Assembly (NCBI RefSeq): GCF_009914755.1
Contig: NC_060939.1
Length of the DNA stretch: 64,000 nucleotides
Reading direction: 5' to 3' (one strand)
Source: the human T2T-CHM13v2.0 reference genome, Homo sapiens
The notes under the pieces were generated by a model that did not search any database, was not told the origin of the DNA, and saw nothing but the letters and a program-made list of their open reading frames with translations. This document shows, piece by piece, positions 1 through 12,880 of this stretch; position 1 is the stretch's first letter; every line of letters starts with the position of its first letter. The position numbers and the translations under genes are program-made.

Positions 1-1002
1 CATTGTGACATATCACTGCACTAATCAACCAGGTGATATAACTCTTGTATAGGCTCTGCGTACAGGGGGATTGTGACCTACCTCTGCACTGATCACCCAG
101 GTGATATAACTCTTCTCTAGGATCTTCCTACAGGGTACTTTGTGACATATCCCTGCACTGATCACCCAGGTGATCTATCTCTGGTCTAAGCTCTGCCTAA
201 AGGGGCATTGTGACAGATCTCTGCACTGATCACTCTGGTGATGTAAGTATTTTCTAGGCTCTGCTTCAAGGGGCCTTGTCACATATCTCTGCACTGATCA
301 CCCAGGTGATGTAACTCTTGTCTAGGCTCTGCTTCCAGGGCATATTGTGACATATCTATGCACTGATCACCTTAGTGATGTAACACTTTGGTAGGCTCGG
401 CCTACAGGGAATCTTGACATATCTCTGCACTGTTAACCGAGGTGATTTAACTCTTCTCTAGGCTGTGCCCACAGGGGGATTGAGACATATCTCTGCCCTG
501 ATCCCGAGGTGATACAACTCTTGCCTGGTCTCTGCCTACTGTGGACATTGTGACATATCTCTGCACTGATCTCCCAGGTGCTGTAACTTTAGTCTAGGCT
601 CTGGCTACATGGCATTGTGACATATCACTGCACTGATCACCCAGGCGATATAACACTTCTCTAGGATCTGACCACAGGGTGCTTTGTGACATATCCCTGC
701 AATGATCACCCAGGTGATATACCACTTGCCAAGGCTCTGCCTACAGGGGCATTGCAATGTATCTCTGCACTGATCACCTAGGTCTTGTAGCTATTTTCTA
801 GGATCTGCCTACAGGGTGCTTTGTGACGTGTCCCAGCAAGGATTACCCAGGTGATGTACCTCTCATCAAGGCTCTGCCTACAGGCACATTGTGATGTATC
901 TCTGCACTGATCACCTAGGTCATGTAACTATTTTCTAGGCTCTACCTACAATGGCATTGTGACATATCTCTGCACTAATCATCCAAGTGATGTAACTCTT
1001 GT

Positions 1003-2908
1003 CTAGGATGTGCCTAAATTAACTTTTTGACATAACCCTGTACTGATCATCCAGGTGATGGAGCTTTTGTCTAGGCTCTGCCTAAGGGGGCATTGTGACA
1101 TATTTCTGCATTGATCACCCAGGTGGCGAACTCTTCTCTCGGATATGCCTATGGGGGCATTGTGAGAAATCTCTGCACTGATAACCCAGGTGATGTAACG
1201 GTTGTGTAACCTCTGCCTACAGGGGAACTGTGAGAGATCTCGTCACTGATTACCCAAGTGATGTAACCGTTGTCTAGGCTTTGCATACAGGGGGCTTTGT
1301 GACATACCTTCGCACTGATCACCCAGGTGATGTAACACATCTAAGTTCGGCCTAAAGGAGCTTTGAGACATATCTCTGCAGTGATCACTTAGGTGATGTA
1401 ACACTTTTATAATCACTGCCTACAGGGAATTTTGACAAATCTCTGCACTGATCACCTAGGTGATGTAACTCTTGTCTACCGTCTGTCCAACGGGGCATTG
1501 TGAAATATCTCTGCACTGATCACCCAGGTGATTCAACTCTTGACTAGGAACTGCCTACAGAGGTTATTGTGAAATATCTCTGCACTGATAAAATAGGTGG
1601 TGTAACCCTTGTCCAAGCTCTGCCTACAGGGGCGTTTCCACATATCCCTGAACTGATGACAGAGGTAATGTAACTCTTGCCTAGGCTTTGCCTACAGGGA
1701 ACATTGGACATATATCTGCACTGATCACCCAGGTGATGCAACTCTTGCCTTGGCTTTGCCTACAGGGGACATCGTGACATATCTCTTCAATGATCACTCA
1801 TGTGATGCATCTCTTGCCTAGGCTTTGCCTACAGGGGACATTGTGACATATCTCTGCACTGATCTCCCAGGTGCTGTAACTTTAGTCTAGGCTCTGGCTA
1901 CACGGCATTGTTACATATCACTGCACTGATCAACCAGGTGTTATAACTCTTGTATAGGCTCTGCCTACCGGGGGATTGTGACCTACCTCTGCACTGATCA
2001 CCCAGGTGATATAACTCTTCTCTAGGATCTGCCTACAGGGTACTTTGTGACATATCCCTGCACTGATCACCCAGGTGATCTAACTCTGGTCTAAGCTCTG
2101 CCTAAAGGGGCATTGTGACAGATCTCTGCACTGATCACTCTGGTGATGTAAGTATTGTCTAGGCTCTGCTTCAAGGGGCCTTGTCACATATCTCTGTACT
2201 GATCACCCAGGAGATGTAACTCTTGTCTAGGCTCTGCTTCCGGGGCATATTGTGACATATCTATGCACTGATCACCTTAGTGATGTAACACTTTGGTAGG
2301 CTCGGCCTACAGGGGAATCTTGACATATCTCTGCACTGTTAACCGAGGTGATTTAACTCTTGTCTAGGCTGTGCCCACAGGGGGATTGAGACATATCTCT
2401 GCACTGATCCCGAGGTGATACAACTCTTGCCTGGTCTCTGCCTACTGTGGACATTGTGACATATCTCTGCACTGATCTCCCAGGTGCTGTAACTTTAGTC
2501 TAGGCTCTGGCTACACGGCATTGTGACATATCACTGCACTGATCACCCAGGCGATATAACTCTTCTCTAGGATCTGACCACAGGGTGCTTTGTGACATAT
2601 CCCTGCAATGATCACCCAGGTGATATACCACTTGCCAAGGCTCTGCCTACAGGGGCATTGCAATGAATCTCTGCACTGATCACCTAGGACTTGTAGCTAT
2701 TTTCTAGGATCTGCCTACAGGGTGCTTTGTGACGTGTCCCAGCAAGGATTACCCAGGTGATGTACCTCTCATCAAGGCTCTGCCTACAGACACATTGTGA
2801 TGTATCTCTGCACTGATCACCTAGGTCATGTAAATTTTGTCTAGGCTCTACCTACGATGGCATTGTGACATATCTCTGCACTAATCATCCAAGTGATGTA
2901 ACTCTTGT
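1003..2908. repeat. Reference 28-monomer higher-order repeat unit (1906 bp)
   Basis: The marker CTAGGATGTGCC at 1003 recurs at 2909, and I counted 28 ordered monomers between them. The same 1906-1907 bp spacing occurs for units starting at 13731, 15637, 28232, 33814, 44910, 55386, 59130 and 61037. Confidence 0.93.
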
Positions 2909-4446
2909 CTAGGATGTGCCTAAATTAACTTTTTGACATAACCCTGTACTGATCATCCAGGTGATGGAGCTTTTGTCTAGGCTCTGCCTAAGGGGGCATT
3001 GTGACATATTTCTGCATTGATCCCCCAGGTGGCGAACTCTTCTCTCGGATCTGCCTATGGGGGCATTGTGAGAAATCTCTGCACTGATCACCCAGGTGAT
3101 GTAACTGTTGTGTAACCTCTGCCTACAGGGGAATTGTGAGAGATCTCGTCACTGATTACCCAAGGGATGTAACCGTTGTGTAGGCTTTGCATACAGGGGG
3201 CTTTGTGACATACATTTTAAGTGATCACCCAGGTGATGTAACACATCTAAGTTCGGCCTAAAGGAGCTTTGTGACATATCTCTGCACTGATCACTTAGGT
3301 GATGTAACACTTTTATAATCACTGCCTACAGGGAATTTTGACAAATCTCTGCACTGATCACCTAGGTGATGTAACTCTTGTCTACCCTCTGTCCAACGGG
3401 GCATTGTGAAATATCTCTGCACTGATCACCCAGGTGATTCAACTCTCGACTAGGAACTGCCTACAGAGGTTATTGTGAAATATCTCTGCACTGATAAACT
3501 AGGTGGTGTAACCCTTGTCCAAGCTCTGCCTACAGGGGCGTTTCCACATATCCCTGAACTGATGACAGAGGTGATGTAACTCTTGCCTAGGCTTTGCCTA
3601 CAGGGAACATTGGACATATATCTGCACTGATCTCCCAGGTGATGCAACTCTTGCCTAGGCTTTGCCTACAGGGGACATTGTGACATATTTCTTCAATGAT
3701 CACTCATGTGATGCATCTCTTGCCTAGGCTTTGCCTACAGGGGACATTGTGACATATCTCTGCACTGATCTCCCAGGTGCTGTAACTTTAGTCTAGGCTC
3801 TGGCTACACGGCATTGTGACATATCACTGCACTGATCAACCAGGTGATATAACTCTTGTATAGGCTCTGCCTACAGGGGGATTGTGACCTACCTCTGCAC
3901 TGATCACCCAGGTGATATAACTCTTCTCTAGGATCTTCCTACAGGGTACTTTGTGACATATCCCTGCACTGATCACCCAGGTGATCTATCTCTGGTCTAA
4001 GCTCTGCCTAAAGGGGCATTGTGACAGATCTCTGCACTGATCACTCAGGTGATGTAAGTATTGTCTAGGCTCTGCTTCAAGGCGCCTTGTCACATATCTC
4101 TGCACTGATCACCCAGGTGATGTAACTCTAGTCTAGGCTCTGCTTCCAGGGCATATTGTGACATATCTATGCAGTGATCACCTTAGTGATGTAACACTTT
4201 GGTAGGCTCGGCCTACAGGGGAATCTTGACATATCTCTGCACTGTTAACCGAGGTGATTTAACTCTTGTCTAGGCTGTGCCCACAGGGGGATTGAGACAT
4301 ATCTCTGCACTGATCCCGAGGTGATACAACTCTTGCCTGGTCTCTGCCTACTGTGGACATTGTGCCATATCTCTCCACTGATCTCCCAGGTGCTGTAAGT
4401 TTAGTCTAGGCTCTGGCTACACGGCATTGTGACATATCACTGCACT

Positions 4447-7400
4447 GATCACCCAGGCGATACAACTCTTGTCTAGGCTCTGCCTACAATGGTTTTGTGT
4501 CATATCTCTGCACTGATCACCCAGGTGATATAACTCTTCTCTAGGATCTGACTACGGGGTGCTTTGTGACATATCCCTGCAATGATCACACAGGTGATAT
4601 ACCACTTGCCAAGGCTCTGCTTACAGGGGCATTGCAATGTATCTCTGCACTGATCACCAAGGACTTGTAGCTATTTTCTAGGATCTGCCTACAGGGTGCT
4701 TTGTGACGGGTCCCAGCAAGGATTACCCAGGTGATGTACCTTTCATCAAGGCTCTGCCTACAGGCACATTGCGATATATCTCTGCACTGATCACCAAGGT
4801 CATGTAACTTTTGTCTAGGCTCTACCTACGATGGCATTGTGACATATCTCTGCATTAATCATCCAAGGGATGTAACACTTGTCTAGGATGTGCCTAAATT
4901 AACTTTTTGACATAACCCTGTACTGATCATCCAGGTGATGGGGCTTTTGTCTAGGCTCTGCCTAAGGGGGCATTGTGACATATTTCTGTATTGATCACCC
5001 AGGTGGCGAACTCTTCTCTCGGATCTGCCCATGGGGGCATTGTGAGAAATCTCTGCACTGATCACCCAGGTGATGTAACTGTTGTGTAACCTCTGCCTAC
5101 AGGGGAATTGTGAGAGATCTCTCCACTGATTACCCAAGTGATGTAACCATTGTCTAGGCTTTGCGTACAGGGGGCTTTGTGACATACCTTTGCACTGATC
5201 ACCCAGGTGATGTAACACATCTAAGTTCGGCCTAAAGGAGCTTTGTGACACATCTCTGCACTGATCACTTAGGTGATGTAACACTTTTATAATCACTGCC
5301 TACAGGGAATTTTGACAAATCTCTGCACTGATCACCTAGGTGATGTAACTCTTGTCTACCCTCCGTCCAACGGGGCATTGTGAAATATCTCAGCACTGAA
5401 CACCCAGGTGAATCAACTCTTGACTAGGAACTGCCTACAGAGGTTATTGTGAAATATCTCTGCACTGATAAACTAGGTGGTGTAAACCTTGTCCAAGCTC
5501 TGCCTACAGGGGCGTTTCCACATATCCCTGAACTGACGACAAAGGTGATGTAACTCTTGCCTAGGATTTGCCTACAGGGGACATTGGACATATCTCTGCA
5601 CTGATCTCCCAGGTGCTGTAAATTTTGTCTAGGCTCTGGCTACACGGCATTGTGACTTATCACTGCCCTGATCACCCAGGCGATACAACTCTTGTCTAGG
5701 CTCTGCCTACAATGGCCTTGTGACATATCTCTGCACTGATCACCCAGGTGATGCAACTCTTGCCTAGGCTTTTCCTACAGGGGACACTGTGACATATCTC
5801 TTCAATGATCACTCATGTGATGCATCTCTTGCCTAGGCTTTGCAGCAGGGGACGTTGTGACATATCTCTGCACTGATCTCCCTGGTACTGTAACTTTAGT
5901 CTAGGCTCTGGCTACACGGCATTGTGACATATCACTGCACTGATCAACCAGGTGATATAACTCTTGTATAGGCTCTGCCTACAGGGGGATTGTGACCTAC
6001 CTCTGCACTGATCACCCAGGTGATATAACTCTTCTCTAGGATCTGCCTACAGGGTGCTTTGTGACATATCCCTGCACTGATCTCCCAGGTGACCTAACTC
6101 TGGTCTAAGCTCTGCCTAAAGGGGCATTGTGACAGATCTCTGCACTGATCACTCAGGTGATGTAACTATTGTCTAGGCTCTGCTTAAAGGGGCCTTGTCA
6201 CATATCCCTGCACTGATCACCCAGGTGATGTAACTCTTGTCTAGGCTCTGCTTCCAGGGCATATTGTGACATAACTATGCACTGACCACCTTAGTGATGT
6301 AACACTTGTGTAGGCTCGGCCTACAGAGGAATCTTGACATATCTCTGCCCTGTTAAACGAGGTGATTTAACTCTTGTCTACGCTGTGCCCACAGGGGGAT
6401 TGAGACATATCTCTGCACTGATCCTGAGGTGATCCAACTCTTGCCTGGTCTCTGCCTACTGGGGACATTGTGACATATCTCTGCACTGATCTCCCAGGTG
6501 CTGTAAATTTTGTCTAGGCTCTGGCTACACGGCATTGTGACTTATCACTGCACTGATCACCCAGGCGATACAACTCTTGTCTAGGCTCTGCCTACAATGG
6601 TCTTGTGACATATCTCTGCACTGATCACCCAGGTGATATAACTCTTCTCTAGGATCTGACCACGGGGTGCTTTGTGACATATCCCTGCAATGATCACACA
6701 GGTGATATACCACTTGCCAAGGCTCTGCTTACAGGGGCATTGCAATGTGTCTCTGCACTGATCACCTAGGACTTGTAGCTATTTTCTAGGATCTGCCTAC
6801 AGGGTGCTTTGTGACGGGTCCCAGCAAGGATTACCCAGGTGATGTACCTCTCATCAAGGCTCTGCCTACAGGCACATTGCGATATATCTCTGCACTGATC
6901 ACCAAGGTCATGTAACTTTTGTCTAGGCTCTACCTACGATGGTATTGTGACATATCTCTGCACTAATCATCCAAGTGATGTAACACTTGTCTAGGATGTG
7001 CCTAAATTAACTTTTTGATATAACCCTGTACTGATCATCCAGGTGATGGGGCTTTTGTCTGGGCTCTGCCTAAGGGCGCATTGTGACATATTTCTGCATT
7101 GATCACCCAGGTGGCGAACTCTTCTCTCGGATCTGCCTATGGGGGCATTGTGAGAAATCTCTGCACTGATCACCCAGGTGATGTAACTGTTGTGTAACCT
7201 CTGCCTACAGGGGAATTGTGAGAGATCTCGCCACTGATTACCCAAGTGATGTAACCATTGTCTAGGCTTTGCGTACAGGGGGCTTTGTGACATACCTTTG
7301 CACTGATCACCCAGGTGTTGTAACATATCTAAGTTCGGCCTAAGGGAGCTTTGTGACACATCTCTGCACTGATCACTTAGGTGATGTAACACTTTTATAA

Positions 7401-10400
7401 TCACTGCCTACAGGGAATTTTGACAAATCTCTGCACTGATCACCTAGGTGATGTAACTCTTGTCTTCCCTCTGTCCAACGGGGCATTGTGAAATATCTCT
7501 GCACTGAACACCCAAGTGATTCAACTCTTGACTAGGAACTGCCTACAGAGGTTATTGTGAAATATCTCTGCACTGATAAACTAGGTTGTGTAACCCTTGT
7601 CCAAGCTCTGCCTACAGGGGCGTTTCCACATATCCCTGAACTGATGACAAAGGTGATGTAACCCTTGCCTAGGCTTTGCCTACAGGGGTCATTGGACATA
7701 TATCTGCACTGATCACCCAGGTGATGCAACTCTTGCCTAGGCTTTGCCTACAGGGGACACTGTGACATATCTCTTCAATGATCACTCATGTGATGCATCT
7801 CTTGCCTAGGCTTTGCCAACAGGGGACATTGTGACATATCTCTGCACTGATCTCCCTGGTACTGTAACTTTAGTCTAGGCTCTGGCTACACGGCATTGTG
7901 ACATATCACTGCACTGATCAACCAGGTGATATAACTCTTGAATAGGCTCTGCCTACAGGGGGATTGTGACCTACCTCTGCACTGATCACCCAGGTGATAT
8001 AACACTTCTCTAGGGTCTGCCTACAGGGTGATTTGTGACATATCCCTGCACTGATTACCCAGGTGACTTAACTCTGGTCTACGCTCTGCCTAAAGGGGCA
8101 TTGTGACAGATCTCTGCACTGATCACTCCGGTGATGTAACTATTGTCTAGGCTCTGCTTAAAGGGGCCTTGTCACATATCCCTGCACTGATCACCCAGGT
8201 GATGTAACTCTTGTCTAGGCTCTGCTTCCAGGGCATATTGTGACATAACTATGCACTGATCACCTTAGTGATGTAACACTTGTGTAGGCTCGGCCTACAG
8301 AGGAATCTTGACATATCTCTGCACTGTTAAACGAGGTGATTTAACTCTTGTCTAGGCTGTGCCCACAGGGGGATTGAGACATATCTCTGCACTGATCCCG
8401 AGGTGATCCAACTCTTGCCTGGTCTCTGCCTACTGGGGACATTGTGACACATCTCTGCACTGATCTCCCAGGTTCTGTAAATTTTGTCTAGGCTCTGGCT
8501 ACAAGGCATTGTGACATATCACTGCACTGATCACCCAGGCGATACAACTCTTGTCTAGGCTCTGCCTACAATGGTTTTGTGACGTATCTCTGCACTGATC
8601 ACCCAGGTGATATAACTCTTCTCTAGGATCTGACCACGGGGTGCTTTGTGACATATCCCTGCAATGATCACACAGGTGATATACCACTTGCCAAGGCTCT
8701 GCTTACAGGGGCATTGCAATGTATCTCTGCACTGATCACCTAGGACTTGTAGCTATTTTCTAGGATCTGCCTACAGGGTGCTTTGTGACGGGTCCCAGCA
8801 AGGATTACCCAGGTGATGTACCTCTCATCAAGGCTCTGCCTACAGGCACATTGCGATATATCTCTGTACTGATCACCAAGGTCATGTAACTTTTGTCTAG
8901 GCTCTACCTACGATGGCATTGTGACATATCTCTGCATTAATCATCCAAGTGATGTAACACTTGTCTAGGATGTGCCTAAATTAACTTTTTGACATAACCC
9001 TGTACTGATCATCCAGGTGATGGGGCTTTTGTCTAGGCTCTGCCTAAGGGGGCATTGTGACATATTTCTGCATTGATCACCCAGGTGGCGAACTCTTCTC
9101 TCGGATCTGCCTATGCGGGCATTGTGAGAAATCTCTGCACTGATCACCCAGGTGATGTAACTGTTGTGTAACCTCTGCCTACAGGGGAATTGTGAGAGAT
9201 CTCGCCACTGATTACCCAAGTGATGTAACCATTGTCTAGGCTTTGCGTACAGGGGGCTTTGTGACATACCTTTGCACTGATCACCCAGGTGTTGTAACAT
9301 ATCTAAGTTCGGCCTAAAGGAGCTTTGTGACACATCTCTGCACTGATCACTTAGGTGATGTAACACTTTTATAATCACTGCCTACAGGGAATTTTGACAA
9401 ATCTCTGCACTGATCACCTAGGTGATGAAACTCTTGTCTTCCCTCTGTCCAACGGGGCATTGTGAAATATCTCTGCACTGAACACCCAAGTGATTCAACT
9501 CTTGACTAGGAACTGCCTACAGAGGTTATTGTGAAATATCTCTGCACTGATAAACTAGGTTGTGTAACCCTTGTCCAAGCTCTGCCTACAGGGGCGTTTC
9601 CACATATCCCTGAACTGATGACAAAGGTGATGTAACCCTTGCCTAGGCTTTGCCTACAGGGGTCATTGGACATATATCTGCACTGATCACCCAGGTGATG
9701 CAACTCTTGCCTAGGCTTTGCCTACAGGGGACACTGTGACATATCTCTTCAATGATCACTCATGTGATGCATCTCTTGCCTAGGCTTTGCCAACAGGGGA
9801 CATTGTGACATATCGCTGCACTGATCTCCCTGGTACTGTAACTTTAGTCTAGGCTCTGGCTACACGGCATTGTGACATATCACTGCACTGATCAACCAGG
9901 TGATATAACTCTTGTATAGGCTCTGCCTACTGGGGGATTGTGACCTACCTCTGCACTGATCACCCAGGTGATATAACTCTTCTCTAGGATCTGCCTACAG
10001 GGTGCTTTGTGACATATCCCTGCACTGATCTCCCAGGTGACCTAACTCTGGTCTAAGCTCTGCCTAAAGGGGCATTGTGACAGATCTCTGCACTGATCAC
10101 TCAGGCGATGTAACTATTGTCTAGGCTCTGCTTAAAGGGGCCTTGTCACATATCCCTGCACTGATCACCCAGGTGATGTAACTCTTGTCTAGGCTCTGCT
10201 TCCAGGGCATATTGTGACATAACTATGCACTGACCACCTTAGTGATGTAACACTTGTGTAGGCTCGGCCTACAGAGGAATCTTGACATATCTCTGCCCTG
10301 TTAAACGAGGTGATTTAACTCTTGTCTAGGCTGTGCCCACAGGGGGATTGAGACATATCTCTGCACTGATCCTGAGGTGATCCAACTCTTGCCTGGTCTC

Positions 10401-12880
10401 TGCCTACTGGGGACATTGTGACATATCTCTGCACTGATCTCCCAGGTGCTGTAAATTTTGTCTAGGCTCTGGCTACACGGCATTGTGACTTATCACTGCA
10501 CTGATCACCCAGGCGATACAACTCTTGTCTAGGCTCTGCCTACAATGGTCTTGTGACATATCTCTGCACTGATCACCCAGGTGATATAACTCTTCTCTAG
10601 GATCTGACCACGGGGTGCTTTGTGACATATCCCTGCAATGATCACACAGGTGATATACCACTTGCCAAGGCTCTGCTTACAGGGGCATTGCAATGTATCT
10701 CTGCACTGATCACCTAGGACTTGTAGCTATTTTCTAGGATCTGCCTACAGGGTGCTTTGTGACGGGTCCCAGCAAGGATTACCCAGGTGATGTACCTCTC
10801 ATCAAGGCTCTGCCTACAGGCACATTGCGATATATCTCTGCACTGATCACCAAGGTCATGTAACTTTTGTCTAGGCTCTACCTACGATGGCATTGTGACA
10901 TATCTCTGCACTAATCATCCAAGTGATGTAACACTTGTCTAGGATGTGCCTAAATTAACTTTTTGACATAACCCTGTACTGATCATCCAGGTGATGGGGC
11001 TTTTGTCTAGGCTCTGCCTAAGGGGGCATTGTGACATATTTCTGCATTGATCACCCAGGTGGCGAACTCTTCTCTCGGATCTGCCTATGGGGGCATTGTG
11101 AGAAATCTCTGCACTGATCACCCAGGTGATGTAACTGTTGTGTAACCTCTGCCTACAGGGGAATTGTGAGAGATCTCGCCACTGATTACCCAAGTGATGT
11201 AACCATTGTCTAGGCTTTGCGTACAGGGGGCTTTGTGACATACCTTTGCACTGATCACCCAGGTGATGTAACACATCTAACTTCGGCCTAAAGGAGCTTT
11301 GTGACACATCTCTGCACTGATCACTTAGGTGATGTAACACTTTTATAATCACTGCCTACAGGGAATTTTGACAAATCTCTGCTCTGATCACCTAGGTGAT
11401 GTAACTCTTGTCTACCCTCTGTCCAACGGGGCATTGTGAAATATCTCTGCACTGATCACCCAGGTGATTCAACTCTTGACTAGGAACTGCCTACAGAGGT
11501 TATTGTGAAATATCTCTGTACTGATAAACTAGGTTGTGTAACCCTTGTCCAAGCTCTGCCTACAGGGGCGTTTCCACATATCCCTGAACTGACGACAAAG
11601 GTGATGTAACTCTTGCCTAGGCTTTGCCTACAGGGGACATTGGACATATATCTGCACTGATCACCCAGGTGATGCAACTCTTGCCTAGGCTTTGCCTACA
11701 GGGGACACTGTGACATATCTCTTCAATGATCACTCATGTGATGCATCTCTTGCCTAGGCTTTGCCAGCAGGGGACGTTGTGACATATCTCTGCACTGATC
11801 TCCCTGGTATTGTAACTTTAGTCTAGGCTCTGGCTACACGGCATTGTGACATATCACTGCACTGATCAACCAGGTGATATAACTCTTGTATAGGCTCTGC
11901 CTACAGGGGGATTGTGACCTACCTCTGCACTGATCACCCAGGTGATATAACTCTTCTCTAGGATCTGCCTACAGGGTGCTTTGTGACATATCCCTGCACT
12001 GATCTCCCAGGTGACCTAACTCTGGTCTAAGCTCTGCCTAAAGGGGCATTGTGACAGATCTCTGCACTGATCACTCAGGTGATGTAACTATTGTCTAGGC
12101 TCTGCTTAAAGGGGCCTTGTCACATATCCATGCACTGATCACCCAGGTGATGTAACTCTTGTCTAGGCTCTGCTTCCAGGGCATATTGTGACATAACTAT
12201 GCACTGACCACCTTAGTGATGTAACACTTGTGTAGGCTCGGCCTACAGAGGAATCTTGACATATCTCTGCCCTGTTAAACGAGGTGATTTAACTCTTGTC
12301 TAGGCTGTGCCCACAGGGGGATTGAGACATATCTCTGCACTGATCCTGAGGTGATCCAACTCTTGCCTGGTCTCTGCCTACTGGGGACATTGTGACATAT
12401 CTCTGCACTGATCTCCCAGGTGCTGTAAATTTTGTCTAGGCTCTGGCTACACGGCATTGTGACTTATCACTGCCCTGATCACCCAGGCGATACAACTCTT
12501 GTCTAGGCTCTGCCTACAATGGCCTTGTGACATATCTCTGCACTGATCACCCAGGTGATGCAACTCTTGCCTAGGCTTTGCCTACAGGGGACACTGTGAC
12601 ATATCTCTTCAATGATCACTCATGTGATGCATCTCTTGCCTAGGCTTTGCCAGCAGGGGACGTTGTGACATATCTCTGCACTGATCTCCCTGGTACTGTA
12701 ACTTTAGTCTAGGCTCTGGCTACACGGCATTGTGACATATCACTGCACTGATCAACCAGGTGATATAACTCTTGTATAGGCTCTGCCTACAGGGGGATTG
12801 TGACCTACCTCTGCACTGATCACCCAGGTGATATAACTCTTCTCTAGGATCTGCCTACAGGGTGCTTTGTGACATATCCC
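4447..12880. repeat. Diverged 29-mer-type HOR block (1974-bp units plus 31-mer and 41-mer derivatives)
   Basis: An extra monomer GATCACCCAGGCGATACAACTCTTGTCTAGGCTCTGCCTACAATGG occurs at 4447, 5670, 6555, 8529, 10503 and 12477. Marker spacings are 1974, 2108, 1974, 1974 and 2792. Block-specific variants include TAACTATTGT, CTGCTTAAAG, CACTTGTGTAGG, CAGAGGAAT, CTACTGGGG and GTGACGGGTCCC. Confidence 0.9.

Noticed and set aside
1400-1416. TTTTATAAT in m7 resembling a TATA or -10 promoter element once per HOR
   Set aside because: It is a short AT-rich variant of the monomer's CTTGTCTAGG segment, with no downstream gene or other support.
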